Positions 28,276 to 39,355 of a DNA stretch of 60,852 nt are shown piece after piece. The notes below the pieces were generated by a model. It saw only the letters and a list, made by a program, of their open reading frames with translations, was not told the origin of the DNA and did not search any database. Numbering within the stretch: the first letter of the stretch is position 1; every line of letters begins with the position of its first letter. Source of the stretch: an uncultured Candidatus Saccharibacteria bacterium (lineage in GTDB: Bacteria; Patescibacteriota; Minisyncoccia; UBA6257; 2-01-FULL-56-20); NCBI GenBank assembly GCA_964484655.1, contig CAZAFA010000004.1, positions 1-60,852 of the forward strand, in the 5' to 3' direction. The translations under genes and the position numbers were made by a program.

Positions 28276-29277
28276 CTATTGTACCAGCTGCTTCCGCGCG
28301 ATGACGCGCCGCGCTGCTGCCGCGACCGCCTCCGCATCCATGCCGTACTTCGCGATGAGCTCGTTCGGCTGACCGGACTCGCCGAAGGTGTCTTGCATCC
28401 CAACGAACTCGACCGGTGTCGGCCATTCCTTCGCGAGCGCCTCCACGACCGCGCTGCCGAGGCCGCCGATGACGTTGTGCTCCTCCACCGTCACCACCGC
28501 GCCGCACGCCCTGGCGTGCTTCACGAGCGTCGCGACGTCGAGCGGCTTCACGGTATGCATGTTGAGCACTACGACGCCGATCTTCTCCTTCTCCAGCATC
28601 TTCGCCGCCTGGAGCGCGCGATGGAGCAGGGATCCGCAGCCTACGATCAGGACCTGCGGCTTGCGTCCCTTCCACATCGCGTACGCCCGCCCCGGCACGA
28701 ACGGCGTCTCGGGCGTGGTCATCACCGGCGTCTTCTCGCGCCCGAAGCGGAGGTACACCGGCCCGTGCAGATGCGCCGCGGCAAGCGTCGCCTTCTCCGC
28801 CTCGACGCTGTCGCAGGGCACGATGACGCGCATGTTCGGCATGACGCGCATGGTGGCTATGTCCTCGATGGCCTGATGCGTCGCGCCGTCCGGCCCGACC
28901 GAGATGCCGGCGTGATGCCCGGCGACCTTCACGCCGACGTCGTTGTACGCGATCGTCGTGCGGATCTGCTCCCAGTTGCGGCCGGGACTGAAGGTCGCGT
29001 AGCTCGCGATGAACGGGACCTTGCCCGCCTCGGCCATGCCCGCGGCGATGGTGGCCATCCCCTGCTCGACGACGCCGACTTCCACGTACCGGTCCGGGTA
29101 CTTCTTCGCGAAGGCTTCCGTGCGCGTGGACTCGACGAGGTCGGCGCAGAGCGCGACGATGTTCGGATCGCGGTCCCCGGCGAGCACGAGTCCGGTGCCG
29201 TACCCGTCGCGGGTCGGCTTCTGCTCGACGTCCTGGTCGAACACGTGCGGGTTAAGCTTGGCTGCGGGATCGATCAT
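28276..29277 (-). CDS. tkt: Transketolase, pyrimidine-binding/C-terminal subunit
   Basis: VALCADL, GVVEQGM, GPDGATHQAIED, VEEHNVIGGLG; ATGA overlap with the N-terminal subunit gene. Confidence 0.93.
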   Translation of the reverse strand: MIDPAAKLNPHVFDQDVEQKPTRDGYGTGLVLAGDRDPNIVALCADLVESTRTEAFAKKYPDRYVEVGVVEQGMATIAAGMAEAGKVPFIASYATFSPGRNWEQIRTTIAYNDVGVKVAGHHAGISVGPDGATHQAIEDIATMRVMPNMRVIVPCDSVEAEKATLAAAHLHGPVYLRFGREKTPVMTTPETPFVPGRAYAMWKGRKPQVLIVGCGSLLHRALQAAKMLEKEKIGVVVLNMHTVKPLDVATLVKHARACGAVVTVEEHNVIGGLGSAVVEALAKEWPTPVEFVGMQDTFGESGQPNELIAKYGMDAEAVAAAARRVIARKQLVQ

Positions 29278-30134
29278 TGGTGCTCGGCGGTGATATGTCC
29301 GCGGAGGGTGCGGAGCTCGTGCAACGCCTCCTTCACCTCCTCGGGCTTCATGACCTTGGAGTGCCACTCGTAGCGGTTCTCCATGAAGTCCACGCCCTTC
29401 CCCGGCGTGGTGTGCGCGATGATGACCGTGGGCTTCTCCCAGGTCGCCTTCGCTTCCGTGAACGCGGAGACGAGCGCGCGGACGTCATGGCCGTTTACCT
29501 CTATCACGTTCCAGTTGAAGGCGCGGTACTTGTCCGCGAACGGCTCGAGCGGCATGACGTCCTCGGTGAAGCCGTCTATCTGGATCACGTTGCGGTCCAC
29601 GACCTGCACGAGGTTGCTCAGGCGGTACTTGCCCGCGACGAGGACCGCTTCCCAGTGGTTCCCCTCCTGGTGCTCGCCGTCGCTGGTCATGCAGACCGTG
29701 CGCCAGCGGGCCTTGTCCATGCGCGCGGCGAGCGCCATGCCCACCGCCTGCGCGAGGCCCGATCCGAGGGGGCCGGACGTCGTCTCGATTCCGGGCAGCG
29801 CCCTGCGATGCGGGTGCCCCTGAAGCCGGCTACCGAGCTTGCGGAGCGTGCGCAGCTCCCTGATCGGGAAGTAGCCCGCATGGGCGAGCGCGGCGTAGAG
29901 GATGGGGCAGGTATGGCCGTTGCTGAGCACGAAGCGGTCCCGCTCGGCCCAGTCCGGGTCCTTCGGGTCATGGCTGAGCACGCGCCAGTAGAGGGTCGCG
30001 ATGATGTCCGCCATGCCGAGCGGTCCGGCGACGTGGCCGCTCCCCGCCTCGACGAGCATGTGGATCACCTCCTGGCGCAGGAGGTTGGCCACGTCCTCGA
30101 TGCGGCGCACCTGGTAGTCGGTGATCGAATCCAT
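29274..30134 (-). CDS. tkt: Transketolase, N-terminal TPP-binding subunit
   Basis: SGHVAG, RDRFVLSNGH, LQGHP, SGPLGSG, SDGEHQEG, VDRN. Confidence 0.95.
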   Translation of the reverse strand: MDSITDYQVRRIEDVANLLRQEVIHMLVEAGSGHVAGPLGMADIIATLYWRVLSHDPKDPDWAERDRFVLSNGHTCPILYAALAHAGYFPIRELRTLRKLGSRLQGHPHRRALPGIETTSGPLGSGLAQAVGMALAARMDKARWRTVCMTSDGEHQEGNHWEAVLVAGKYRLSNLVQVVDRNVIQIDGFTEDVMPLEPFADKYRAFNWNVIEVNGHDVRALVSAFTEAKATWEKPTVIIAHTTPGKGVDFMENRYEWHSKVMKPEEVKEALHELRTLRGHITAEHQ

Positions 30135-30140
30135 CTCCTC

Positions 30141-30794
30141 CTATTGTAGCGCAGCGAGCGCCGCGACCGGGTCCTCGGCCGCGAATATCGATCCCGAGAC
30201 AGCCGCGGTGGCTCCGGCGGCGCTCACGTCGCGTATCGTCTCGGCATTCACGCCGCCGTCGACCCATATCGGATCGTCAGGAAAGGTGTCCCGCACGACG
30301 CGCACGACGTCGAGCGCGGCCGGCTGCATCGCCTGGTGCGGCGGTCCCGGATCGACCGCGAGCACGAGGAAGCCGTCCGCGTACGCGCGGAACGTGAGCA
30401 GCGCGCGCGTCTCGAGGCCCGGTCCGCCGGCGATCAGGAGGCGCGCCCCGGAGCCGAGACAGACCTCGCGCATGCGCGCGAGCCTCACGGCGGGCGGATC
30501 GGCGCTCTCGCCCGCGTCCAGGAGCGGCTCGAGATGCACGACGACCTCGTCGGCGCCCGCCTCGAGCCAGGACGGGAGGATCGCTTCAGGCTCGGCGACC
30601 ATCAGGTGCGCCTGGAAGCGCATGCCGCCGCCCGCGAGCTCGCGCAGGCGTGCGGGGTCGCGGAAGGTATGCGTGGGCGCGAAGGTCCCGTCCGAGACGT
30701 CCACGTGGACGCGCTCGGCATGGCCGCGGACGATGCCGAGCTTCCGCGCGGCCTCTTCCTCGGTCTCGACGTTGACGACCGGTATGACCGTCAT
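30141..30794 (-). CDS. rpe: Ribulose-phosphate 3-epimerase
   Basis: HVDVSDGTF, AHLMV, VDPG, VDGGVN. Confidence 0.9.
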   Translation of the reverse strand: MTVIPVVNVETEEEAARKLGIVRGHAERVHVDVSDGTFAPTHTFRDPARLRELAGGGMRFQAHLMVAEPEAILPSWLEAGADEVVVHLEPLLDAGESADPPAVRLARMREVCLGSGARLLIAGGPGLETRALLTFRAYADGFLVLAVDPGPPHQAMQPAALDVVRVVRDTFPDDPIWVDGGVNAETIRDVSAAGATAAVSGSIFAAEDPVAALAALQ

Positions 30795-31237
30795 GCGCCG
30801 AGCTCCTCGAGCTCCTTGATGCGCCGCACGTGGCGCTCCTCGCCGGCGAACGGCGTGTCCTCGAAGGCGTCGATGAGCGCCTTCATCTCCTCCTCGCTCA
30901 TGAAGTCCGCAGCGAGCACGAGCACGTTGATATCGTCGTCGTTGCGCGCGGCGCGGACCTGCTCGGGGCTGAGCGCCATCGCGGCGCGGATGCCCTTGAA
31001 CCGGTTCGCGGCGATGGTGATGCCCGCGCCCGAGCCGCAGGCGAGGATGCCGCGCGCCTCGGCCGCCTCGCGCAGGGCGCCGACGAGGACCGCGGCGACG
31101 CGCGGGTAGTCGTCGCCTTCCTGGAGACGCGGGGTGAGGTCGACCGCGACGATGCCGCGCTCGTCGAGGTGCGCCTGCGCCTTCTCCTTGAGCGCATGGC
31201 CGCGGTGGTCCGCGGCGAGGTAGACGGTGGGAGCCAT
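30791..31237 (-). CDS. rpiB: Ribose-5-phosphate isomerase B
   Basis: ADHRG, DDYP, ILACGSGAG, ANRFKGIRA, RHVRRI. Confidence 0.92.
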   Translation of the reverse strand: MAPTVYLAADHRGHALKEKAQAHLDERGIVAVDLTPRLQEGDDYPRVAAVLVGALREAAEARGILACGSGAGITIAANRFKGIRAAMALSPEQVRAARNDDDINVLVLAADFMSEEEMKALIDAFEDTPFAGEERHVRRIKELEELGA

Positions 31238-31250
31238 GCGTACAGTATAG

Positions 31251-31436
31251 CTACTTCGGCTGCGCCGGCTTGAGGTCGAGGACGCGCGTGAGCGTCTGCG
31301 CGGAACGCACGGCCTGCGCCTGCGCGAACGAGGTCCTGAGGTAGAAATAGACGTACCCGCCGAGCAGGAACGGCGCGACTATGATGATCGCCGCCGCTGC
31401 GAGCAGGTAGCGGTCCTCGTTGATCGAGTACCGCAC
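31251..31436 (-). CDS. Small single-TM hypothetical protein
   Basis: 61 aa, one hydrophobic segment; GTG starts 1 nt after the gap stop. Confidence 0.5.
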   Translation of the reverse strand: MRYSINEDRYLLAAAAIIIVAPFLLGGYVYFYLRTSFAQAQAVRSAQTLTRVLDLKPAQPK

Positions 31437-31437
31437 G

Positions 31438-32466
31438 TCAGGCCAGGGATGCTGCCTTGGCGACGTGGCGCGCGAGCGTCGACACGTACCCGGCCTCGTT
31501 GTCGTACCAGGCGACGACCTTCACGAGGTCGCCGTCCACCACCTTGGTGAAGGAGGGATCGAAGACGGTCCCGAACGGCATGCCGACGATGTCGCTGCTG
31601 ACGAGCTGGTCCCCCGCGATGCCGAGGACGCCCTGCCAGCGCGGGGTCGCAGCCGCCGCGACCAGGGCAGCGTTGACCTCCTCCGCGGTCGTGGGGCGCG
31701 CGGCGAGGAAGGTGATGTCCGAGAGCGACCCGGTCGGGACCGGGACGCGGTACGCGAGACCGTCGAACTTGCCGACGAGTTCCTGGACGACGCGCGTGAC
31801 CGCGATCGCCGCACCGGTCGTGGACGGCGAGATGTTGAGCGTGGCGGCGCGGCCCCGGCGGAAGTCCTTGCCGCCGCGCACCGGCGCGTCGGTCAACGAC
31901 TGCGTGCCCGTGTACGCGTGCACCGTCCCGAGCATCGCCTTCTTCACGCCGATCGCCTCGTGCAGCACCTGTATGACGGGCGCTGATGCGTTCGTCGTGC
32001 AGGATCCGTTGCTCGTGAGCGGCGTCTGCGCCATGTCCGCGTCGTTGATGCCGATGAGGACCGTGCGTCCTCCCGCGGTCCCTTCCGCGTCCTTCGCAGG
32101 CGCCGTGATGACCGCGCGCTTGGCGCCGGCCTTCAGGTGCGCGCTCGCACCCTCGAACGACTCGAAGAAGCCCGTGCTCTCGACGACGACGTCGATGCCG
32201 AGCGCTGCCCAGGGGAGGAGCGCGGGGTCCTTCTCCTGGAGCACCTGGACGCTGCGCCCGCCGACGACGAGCGCGTGCTTCTCCGCGTCGACCGCGACCG
32301 GGCGGTCGAAGGTACGGTACACCGAATCGTGCGCGAGCAGGTACGCGAGGTTCTCGAGGTCACCGAGGTCGTTTATGGCTACGACCTCGAGCTCCGGGTC
32401 CGATTCAAGCTGCCGGAAAAGCAGCCGGCCGATACGGCCGAAGCCGTTGATCGCTATCCGCTTCAT
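31438..32466 (-). CDS. gap: Glyceraldehyde-3-phosphate dehydrogenase
   Basis: INGFGRIGR, VVESTGFF, SNGSCTTN, STTGAA, AWYDNE. Confidence 0.97.
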   Translation of the reverse strand: MKRIAINGFGRIGRLLFRQLESDPELEVVAINDLGDLENLAYLLAHDSVYRTFDRPVAVDAEKHALVVGGRSVQVLQEKDPALLPWAALGIDVVVESTGFFESFEGASAHLKAGAKRAVITAPAKDAEGTAGGRTVLIGINDADMAQTPLTSNGSCTTNASAPVIQVLHEAIGVKKAMLGTVHAYTGTQSLTDAPVRGGKDFRRGRAATLNISPSTTGAAIAVTRVVQELVGKFDGLAYRVPVPTGSLSDITFLAARPTTAEEVNAALVAAAATPRWQGVLGIAGDQLVSSDIVGMPFGTVFDPSFTKVVDGDLVKVVAWYDNEAGYVSTLARHVAKAASLA

Positions 32467-32468
32467 GC

Positions 32469-33338
32469 CTAGCGGGTCCCCGGAGGCGTCGACGTCGTGG
32501 TCGTAGCTGCGGCGGCCGTCACGCTCTGGATGACCGTGCCGTTGATAGCCGTGACACGCAGGAGGGTCGAGCCCGGCGCATGCGTGCCGGTCAGCGTGAC
32601 TTCCGCGTCCTTGAAGGGGGGCAGGGCCGCGGCGAGTGCGGCTTCCTTGGCATTGCTCACTGTGATCACGATGTTATGCGCCGTCGTGAGGATCCACGCT
32701 CCGGCGTCAGTCGTGGAAAGGCGGCCGGCGACCGAGCTGGTGACGCTCGGGGTCGTGGTCGAGACGAAGAAGGCGAGCTCGCTCTCCATCTTGGACTGGT
32801 TCTCGGTCAGCGTCGCGACCGTCGCCTTGAGCTGCGCGTTCTCCTGCTGGAGGGTCGCCAGCTCGTCCGGATTGCTCGCCGGTGCCGGCGTGCCGCCCAT
32901 GAGGACGTACGCGACCGCGCCGATGATCGCGAGCGCGAGCGCGATGCCCAGCACGATCAGAAGCCAGGGCGAGCGCTTAGGCGTCGCCGACGCCTCGTCC
33001 ATGCTCAGCGACGGCGTCGTCGCGAAGAACGACGGCGTCAGGGGCGCAGTGGTCGCCGCAGTCTCCGGAGCCGTTGCCGTAACCGGCGCAGCGGCTTCTG
33101 CCACGGGCGACGTCATGACCGGTTGCGTCTCGGCGACCGCCGTCGGGCTCGCCGTGACCGGCGCGACGCTCAGCGTCTCGGCCGGCGCGCTCGCGCGCTG
33201 CGCCATGACTTCCGTGATCGCAGCGTCGACATCGGCCTGCTGCCAGCCTGCCCCTACCAGCGCCTGCGCGATCGCTTCGCGCGGCACTCCCTTATCAAGC
33301 TGCGCACTCGCGTACGCGATGAGTTGTGAGTTCGCCAT
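32469..33338 (-). CDS. Hypothetical bitopic membrane protein
   Basis: N-terminal helical motif YASAQLDKG...LVGAGW, Ala/Thr/Pro linker, TM, coiled coil, small beta domain; TACACT 6 nt before the ATG. Confidence 0.7.
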   Translation of the reverse strand: MANSQLIAYASAQLDKGVPREAIAQALVGAGWQQADVDAAITEVMAQRASAPAETLSVAPVTASPTAVAETQPVMTSPVAEAAAPVTATAPETAATTAPLTPSFFATTPSLSMDEASATPKRSPWLLIVLGIALALAIIGAVAYVLMGGTPAPASNPDELATLQQENAQLKATVATLTENQSKMESELAFFVSTTTPSVTSSVAGRLSTTDAGAWILTTAHNIVITVSNAKEAALAAALPPFKDAEVTLTGTHAPGSTLLRVTAINGTVIQSVTAAAATTTTSTPPGTR

Positions 33339-33387
33339 GCGCACAGTGTACCACAGCGCCTGCTGCGAGGCTGTGCCTAACCTCCGC

Positions 33388-34086
33388 CTACTCCGTGACA
33401 ACGAGCGGGATCGCGAGATCCAGCGCCGTGCCGCGCGCATCGATCACGGTCACGACCGCGTCGTATGATCCCGCACGCGTCGGCGAACCCTTGATGCGCG
33501 CGGTGTCCGCCGAGGGCTGCGGGCACGGCGCCGCGATGCAGTAAATCGGTCCGGGAGCCGTCAGCTGCATCCCGGGAGGAAGGTTCTTCGCCTGCCACCG
33601 GTACGGCGCGGTGCCGCCGGTGACCGCGAACTTCACGGAATAGCGGAGACCCGAGCGGAACTGCGCCTTGCCGGAAGTGACCGCGATGCGCATGCCAGTA
33701 TCCTCGTAGAGGTTCAGGTCGCGCACGATCTCCGCCGTCATGCGCTCGCCTGCCAGGGGGCCGTACGCGTTGATGCGGTCGCCGACGGCGATCCTGTCCG
33801 CGAGCGGCTTGCGATCCCGATCCAGGAGCTTCGTGCTCGCGGTCACGACGATGGCGTAGCGCACCTCCCGCATGCCGAGGCAATGGAAGCCGGCGCCCGT
33901 ATCCGGGCAGAGCGGCTCCAGCCTCGTCGCCGTCAGCACGTACCGCGATCCGGGCTCCTGGGCGATGCTCGCGACCGTCAGGTTGCTCAGCTGCGCCGGT
34001 CGCGCGGGCGGCGTGAGCGCCGCCGCCGAGGACGGCAGGGCGATTAGGACGAGCATCGCGGCGAGGATACGGAGGCGGATATGCAT
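33388..34086 (-). CDS. Secreted protein: one DUF5666-like OB repeat plus a putative Ig (He_PIG-like) domain
   Basis: Signal peptide; GDRINAYG repeat; GGTAPYRW...LPPGM...GSPTRAGSY. Confidence 0.75.
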   Translation of the reverse strand: MHIRLRILAAMLVLIALPSSAAALTPPARPAQLSNLTVASIAQEPGSRYVLTATRLEPLCPDTGAGFHCLGMREVRYAIVVTASTKLLDRDRKPLADRIAVGDRINAYGPLAGERMTAEIVRDLNLYEDTGMRIAVTSGKAQFRSGLRYSVKFAVTGGTAPYRWQAKNLPPGMQLTAPGPIYCIAAPCPQPSADTARIKGSPTRAGSYDAVVTVIDARGTALDLAIPLVVTE

Positions 34087-34149
34087 GCCGCCAGTATGGC
34101 CCGGATGCAGTTGCGTTTCCAGGGGCCGCGGCTACAATGGCCACGCTGA

Positions 34150-34223
34150 GCGGGCGTAGTTCAGCTGGTTAGAATGCCACACTGTCACTGTGGAGGTCGC
34201 CGGTTCGAGTCCGGTCGCCCGCG
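34150..34223 (+). tRNA. tRNA-Asp(GTC)
   Basis: Acceptor GCGGGCG/CGCCCGC-G; anticodon arm CCACA-CTGTCAC-TGTGG; TTCGAGT. Confidence 0.95.
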
Positions 34224-34233
34224 CTCTGAAGAT

Positions 34234-34268
34234 AAGGAAAAGGACCTGCGAAACAGGTCCTTTTCCTT
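34234..34268. terminator. Bidirectional terminator
   Basis: AAGGAAAAGGACCTG-CGAAA-CAGGTCCTTTTCCTT; perfect 15-bp inverted repeat. Confidence 0.8.
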
Positions 34269-34284
34269 CGTCCCGGGCTCTGTC

Positions 34285-35787
34285 CTAGAGCTGGCGGCGA
34301 GCCACCGTGATCGTCACCTCGTGCTTGTTCGCCGCGAGGCCGTTCGCGTCGCGGACGGTGAGGACGACGCGGTAACTACCTGCACGGGTCGGCGTACCCG
34401 CGATCCATGCAGTATTCAAGCTATAAGGCAGATACTGTGGACATGCCAATTCTGAGCTGCAGTTGCTGGGGAAATCGGTCGTCAGATACATCCCCTCCGG
34501 GAGCGATCCGTCGACTATCTCCCACTTCAGCGGCTCAGTGCCGCCGATGCCCATGAAGCTGGTACTACTGAAGGTGCGCGCCTGCGCGCTGATCGTGGCC
34601 GGACCCTTGATCTCAAGGGTCGTCGCCGTGCCCTGCTGCATCACGCGCACCACCTTCGCGGTGACCGTGAACTTGTCCTTCGCCATGGAACCGTACACGT
34701 TGATGACGGATCCGACGCGGATCGCCGAGTACTTGATCGGACGCCGGCCGGTATCGATCACCTGAGCGCTCGGCGGCACGATGATGCGGTACTGGTAAAC
34801 CGGCCGCGCAACCTCGGCGTTCGCCGCGACATCCGAGACCGGACAGGTGATCTGGCCGCGCCGCTCGTTGAAGAACTCGTAGCATCCGATACCCGATCCG
34901 TTATACGCGTCGATCGAGAGCGTGCCGTCGCTCGCCTCCTTCACGCTCGTGACGCGAAGGTTCTCGAGCTGCACCGTCCGCGAGCCGGGCTCGAGGCTCC
35001 GGATGACCATGGCCTCCATGTCGGTCCCGTGAAGCATTCCGTAGACGTTGATCCGGTCGCCCGCGGCGAAGTGGCTCAGGTCGACCGGCTTGCGGTTGAC
35101 GCCCAGGAGCGAGGTCTTCGTATTAACCATGATGTGGTACTGCGTGCGTGGCATCTTGCAGTAGATTCCCGCTGCCTGCGGGCAGTTGTCCTTGTACGCC
35201 TGGATATGGGCATAGGTGCCGCCGGTGCCCGGGGCGAACCCCGCTCCTCCCTGGACCGAGGCGACCTGCGCGATGCTCTCGATGACGAGGTTGTTCAGCT
35301 GGGTCGCCGTGGCTGTGGATGCGGAACGGAGATTGCGCACGACCGAAGCGTCCATGTTCGTCTCGTCGCGCATCGCGCCGTACGCGTTAATGCGGTCGCC
35401 GGCCTTGATCTGGGCAATCGAGATCGGCTTGCGGTTCACGTCGAGCAGCCGCGTCTGATTTGAGACCGCAATCGTGTACTGCCGTCTAAGCACGTCCTGA
35501 CACGGATACATACCCTCGAGTGTGCCACACGGATGGCTGTATGCCTCGATGAAGGCATAGCTCTGCGCGCCCGACGAATCGACTGTGGGCATGGCGATAG
35601 CGGCAACCACGAGGTTGTTGAGCTGGGCGTAACGGACCGGCGGCGGCAGAGGTCGCGTCTGATCGTCAGCGACGACTGTCGTATTAGCTGTGGTATCCGT
35701 CGATGCCGTCAGGGCCGAAGCCTGCGGGGCGATCATCGCTCCCGCAAGCATCAGGATGCCCAGAAACAGTGAGATTTTCTTAGTCAT
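34285..35787 (-). CDS. Secreted protein: three DUF5666-like OB repeats plus a putative Ig domain; paralog of 33388-34086
   Basis: Signal peptide (ASA); repeats QL(N/E)NL...Y.I.V...LL...RKP...GDRIN(A/V)YG; C-terminal GGTEPLKW...LPEGM...GTPTRAGSY. Confidence 0.78.
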   Translation of the reverse strand: MTKKISLFLGILMLAGAMIAPQASALTASTDTTANTTVVADDQTRPLPPPVRYAQLNNLVVAAIAMPTVDSSGAQSYAFIEAYSHPCGTLEGMYPCQDVLRRQYTIAVSNQTRLLDVNRKPISIAQIKAGDRINAYGAMRDETNMDASVVRNLRSASTATATQLNNLVIESIAQVASVQGGAGFAPGTGGTYAHIQAYKDNCPQAAGIYCKMPRTQYHIMVNTKTSLLGVNRKPVDLSHFAAGDRINVYGMLHGTDMEAMVIRSLEPGSRTVQLENLRVTSVKEASDGTLSIDAYNGSGIGCYEFFNERRGQITCPVSDVAANAEVARPVYQYRIIVPPSAQVIDTGRRPIKYSAIRVGSVINVYGSMAKDKFTVTAKVVRVMQQGTATTLEIKGPATISAQARTFSSTSFMGIGGTEPLKWEIVDGSLPEGMYLTTDFPSNCSSELACPQYLPYSLNTAWIAGTPTRAGSYRVVLTVRDANGLAANKHEVTITVARRQL

Positions 35788-35862
35788 GGGAAAAGTTGGG
35801 GGTTGTGTCAATAAGTATAACGGTTCCCCCTCCCAGGACTTACAGGCCTGTGGATAGCCTCC

Positions 35863-36789
35863 TTACGCGGCCTTCCGTTCCTGCTCGTTGCGAATCTGCT
35901 CGGCGCGATGCGCCGCTCCTGAAAAGCCGCCCGAGAACCGGTACTGGGTGCCGAGCGTCTGCGTCGAGAAGGAGCCATCCTCCTGGCGCGCAGGAGCCGC
36001 ATGCGGCATCTGTGCCAGCTTGCCCTCGAGGTCGGAGAGCTCGGCATCCTGAGCCGCCTTCTCGAGTCGCTGGCGCTCGCGCTGGCTGAGCTCGCTCTTC
36101 AGCGATCCGGGACGGGTGTACTCGTCGCTGAACATAAGACCGGACGGATGCCCCTTGAAGAAGCCGAGGACGCCGCGCACGAGTCCGGAGTTGCGGATTT
36201 TACTGCCGAAGGTCCGCTGCTTCGCCTCGTCCTGAGCGATCTGCTCTTGCAGCTGGGCGTCAGAATACTGCTCGTAAGTCCTACCCATCGTCGTCGCGAA
36301 ATTGGGCTGCATGGCTTCCCAGTACTGCTTGGAGTCCTTGATGCCCTTCACATGCTGATAGCGCTGTACCGTGTCGTATTCCGCGGCCTTCGCGTCGAGC
36401 TCGGCGAGCCGTTCGGACTGGTCGCCTTCGCTGCTGCCCAGCAGCTCCTGGCGCATGCTCGCGAGCTGCGCCTCCTTCGCCGCTTCCTGCTCCTGCGGGA
36501 TGGCGTCGCGAATCTCGGCGAGCTGCTCGCCTTTGAACTCCTGCGCCTTGTACTCGGCGGTCTCGGTTCCTTGCTCCTGCGGGATCGCCTCGTGGATAGC
36601 CGCGAGATCTGCCCCGGAGAAGACCTGCGCCTTGTTCTCGGCCGCCTCGACGGGCGTTTCCTCCTCGTCCGTGATCCGGATCAGCTCAGGCGTCGCCTGA
36701 GCCTCGACGGGCGTCTCAGCGACGACCTCCTGCGCCGGCATCTCCTCCTCGTCCGTCACCCGCACCGGGGCTCCTTCAAAGCTCTTCAT
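35863..36789 (-). CDS. Acidic, probably disordered hypothetical protein with internal repeats
   Basis: Glu/Ala/Gln-rich; repeats (V/I)R(V/I)TDEEE, ETPVEA and KAQ.F.G..LA.I..AIPQEQ; TATCAT 7 nt before the ATG. Confidence 0.7.
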   Translation of the reverse strand: MKSFEGAPVRVTDEEEMPAQEVVAETPVEAQATPELIRITDEEETPVEAAENKAQVFSGADLAAIHEAIPQEQGTETAEYKAQEFKGEQLAEIRDAIPQEQEAAKEAQLASMRQELLGSSEGDQSERLAELDAKAAEYDTVQRYQHVKGIKDSKQYWEAMQPNFATTMGRTYEQYSDAQLQEQIAQDEAKQRTFGSKIRNSGLVRGVLGFFKGHPSGLMFSDEYTRPGSLKSELSQRERQRLEKAAQDAELSDLEGKLAQMPHAAPARQEDGSFSTQTLGTQYRFSGGFSGAAHRAEQIRNEQERKAA

Positions 36790-36812
36790 AAGGCTGATGA
36801 TAGCAAAGATTT

Positions 36813-38861
<2,049 letters not shown>

Positions 38862-38899
38862 CTAACGGAGCGGGGCGGCCTCGGCCGCCCCTTCCGCGC

Positions 38900-39355
38900 T
38901 TACTCCCCCTCTGTCTGTATGGGAGCGCCCTCGCATCTGCTGAGGACGCAGAACGCGCGCGCCACGTTGCCACTGCGCCCGAGGGTCTTGATCGTCACGG
39001 TCTCCTCCGGATTGCAGTCGTCGACCGGGCCCCCGCTCTCCTCGAGGCAGCGCACCTCGACGCTCGCCCCGTTCCGGAAGCGCGGCAGCTCGGCGAGCGG
39101 GCAGTTCGTGCTGCCCGGATCGGTCTGGCAGATGAGGTTGTACAGGCCCCATTCGATGCCCGCGTCAGCGGCGAACACGGCCTTGGCGGAGTGGCCGACG
39201 TCGGCGCCCTGCCGGACCTGGTAGAGCATTAGCAGGCCCGCGATCGTCGTCGCCCCGAGCAGCGCGCCGCCGAGCGTGAGCACGGTGAGGATCATCACCT
39301 GCCCGTGCCGGCTTTCCGCGCTACTGCGGGAGGATCTCGATACGCGTCGATACAT
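38900..39355 (-). CDS. PilX-like minor pilin
   Basis: RHG|QVMILTVLTLGG hydrophobic N-terminus without Glu5; AVFAADAGIEWGLY. Start is uncertain; the nearest upstream ATG overlaps the previous gene by 35 nt. Confidence 0.65.
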   Translation of the reverse strand: MYRRVSRSSRSSAESRHGQVMILTVLTLGGALLGATTIAGLLMLYQVRQGADVGHSAKAVFAADAGIEWGLYNLICQTDPGSTNCPLAELPRFRNGASVEVRCLEESGGPVDDCNPEETVTIKTLGRSGNVARAFCVLSRCEGAPIQTEGE

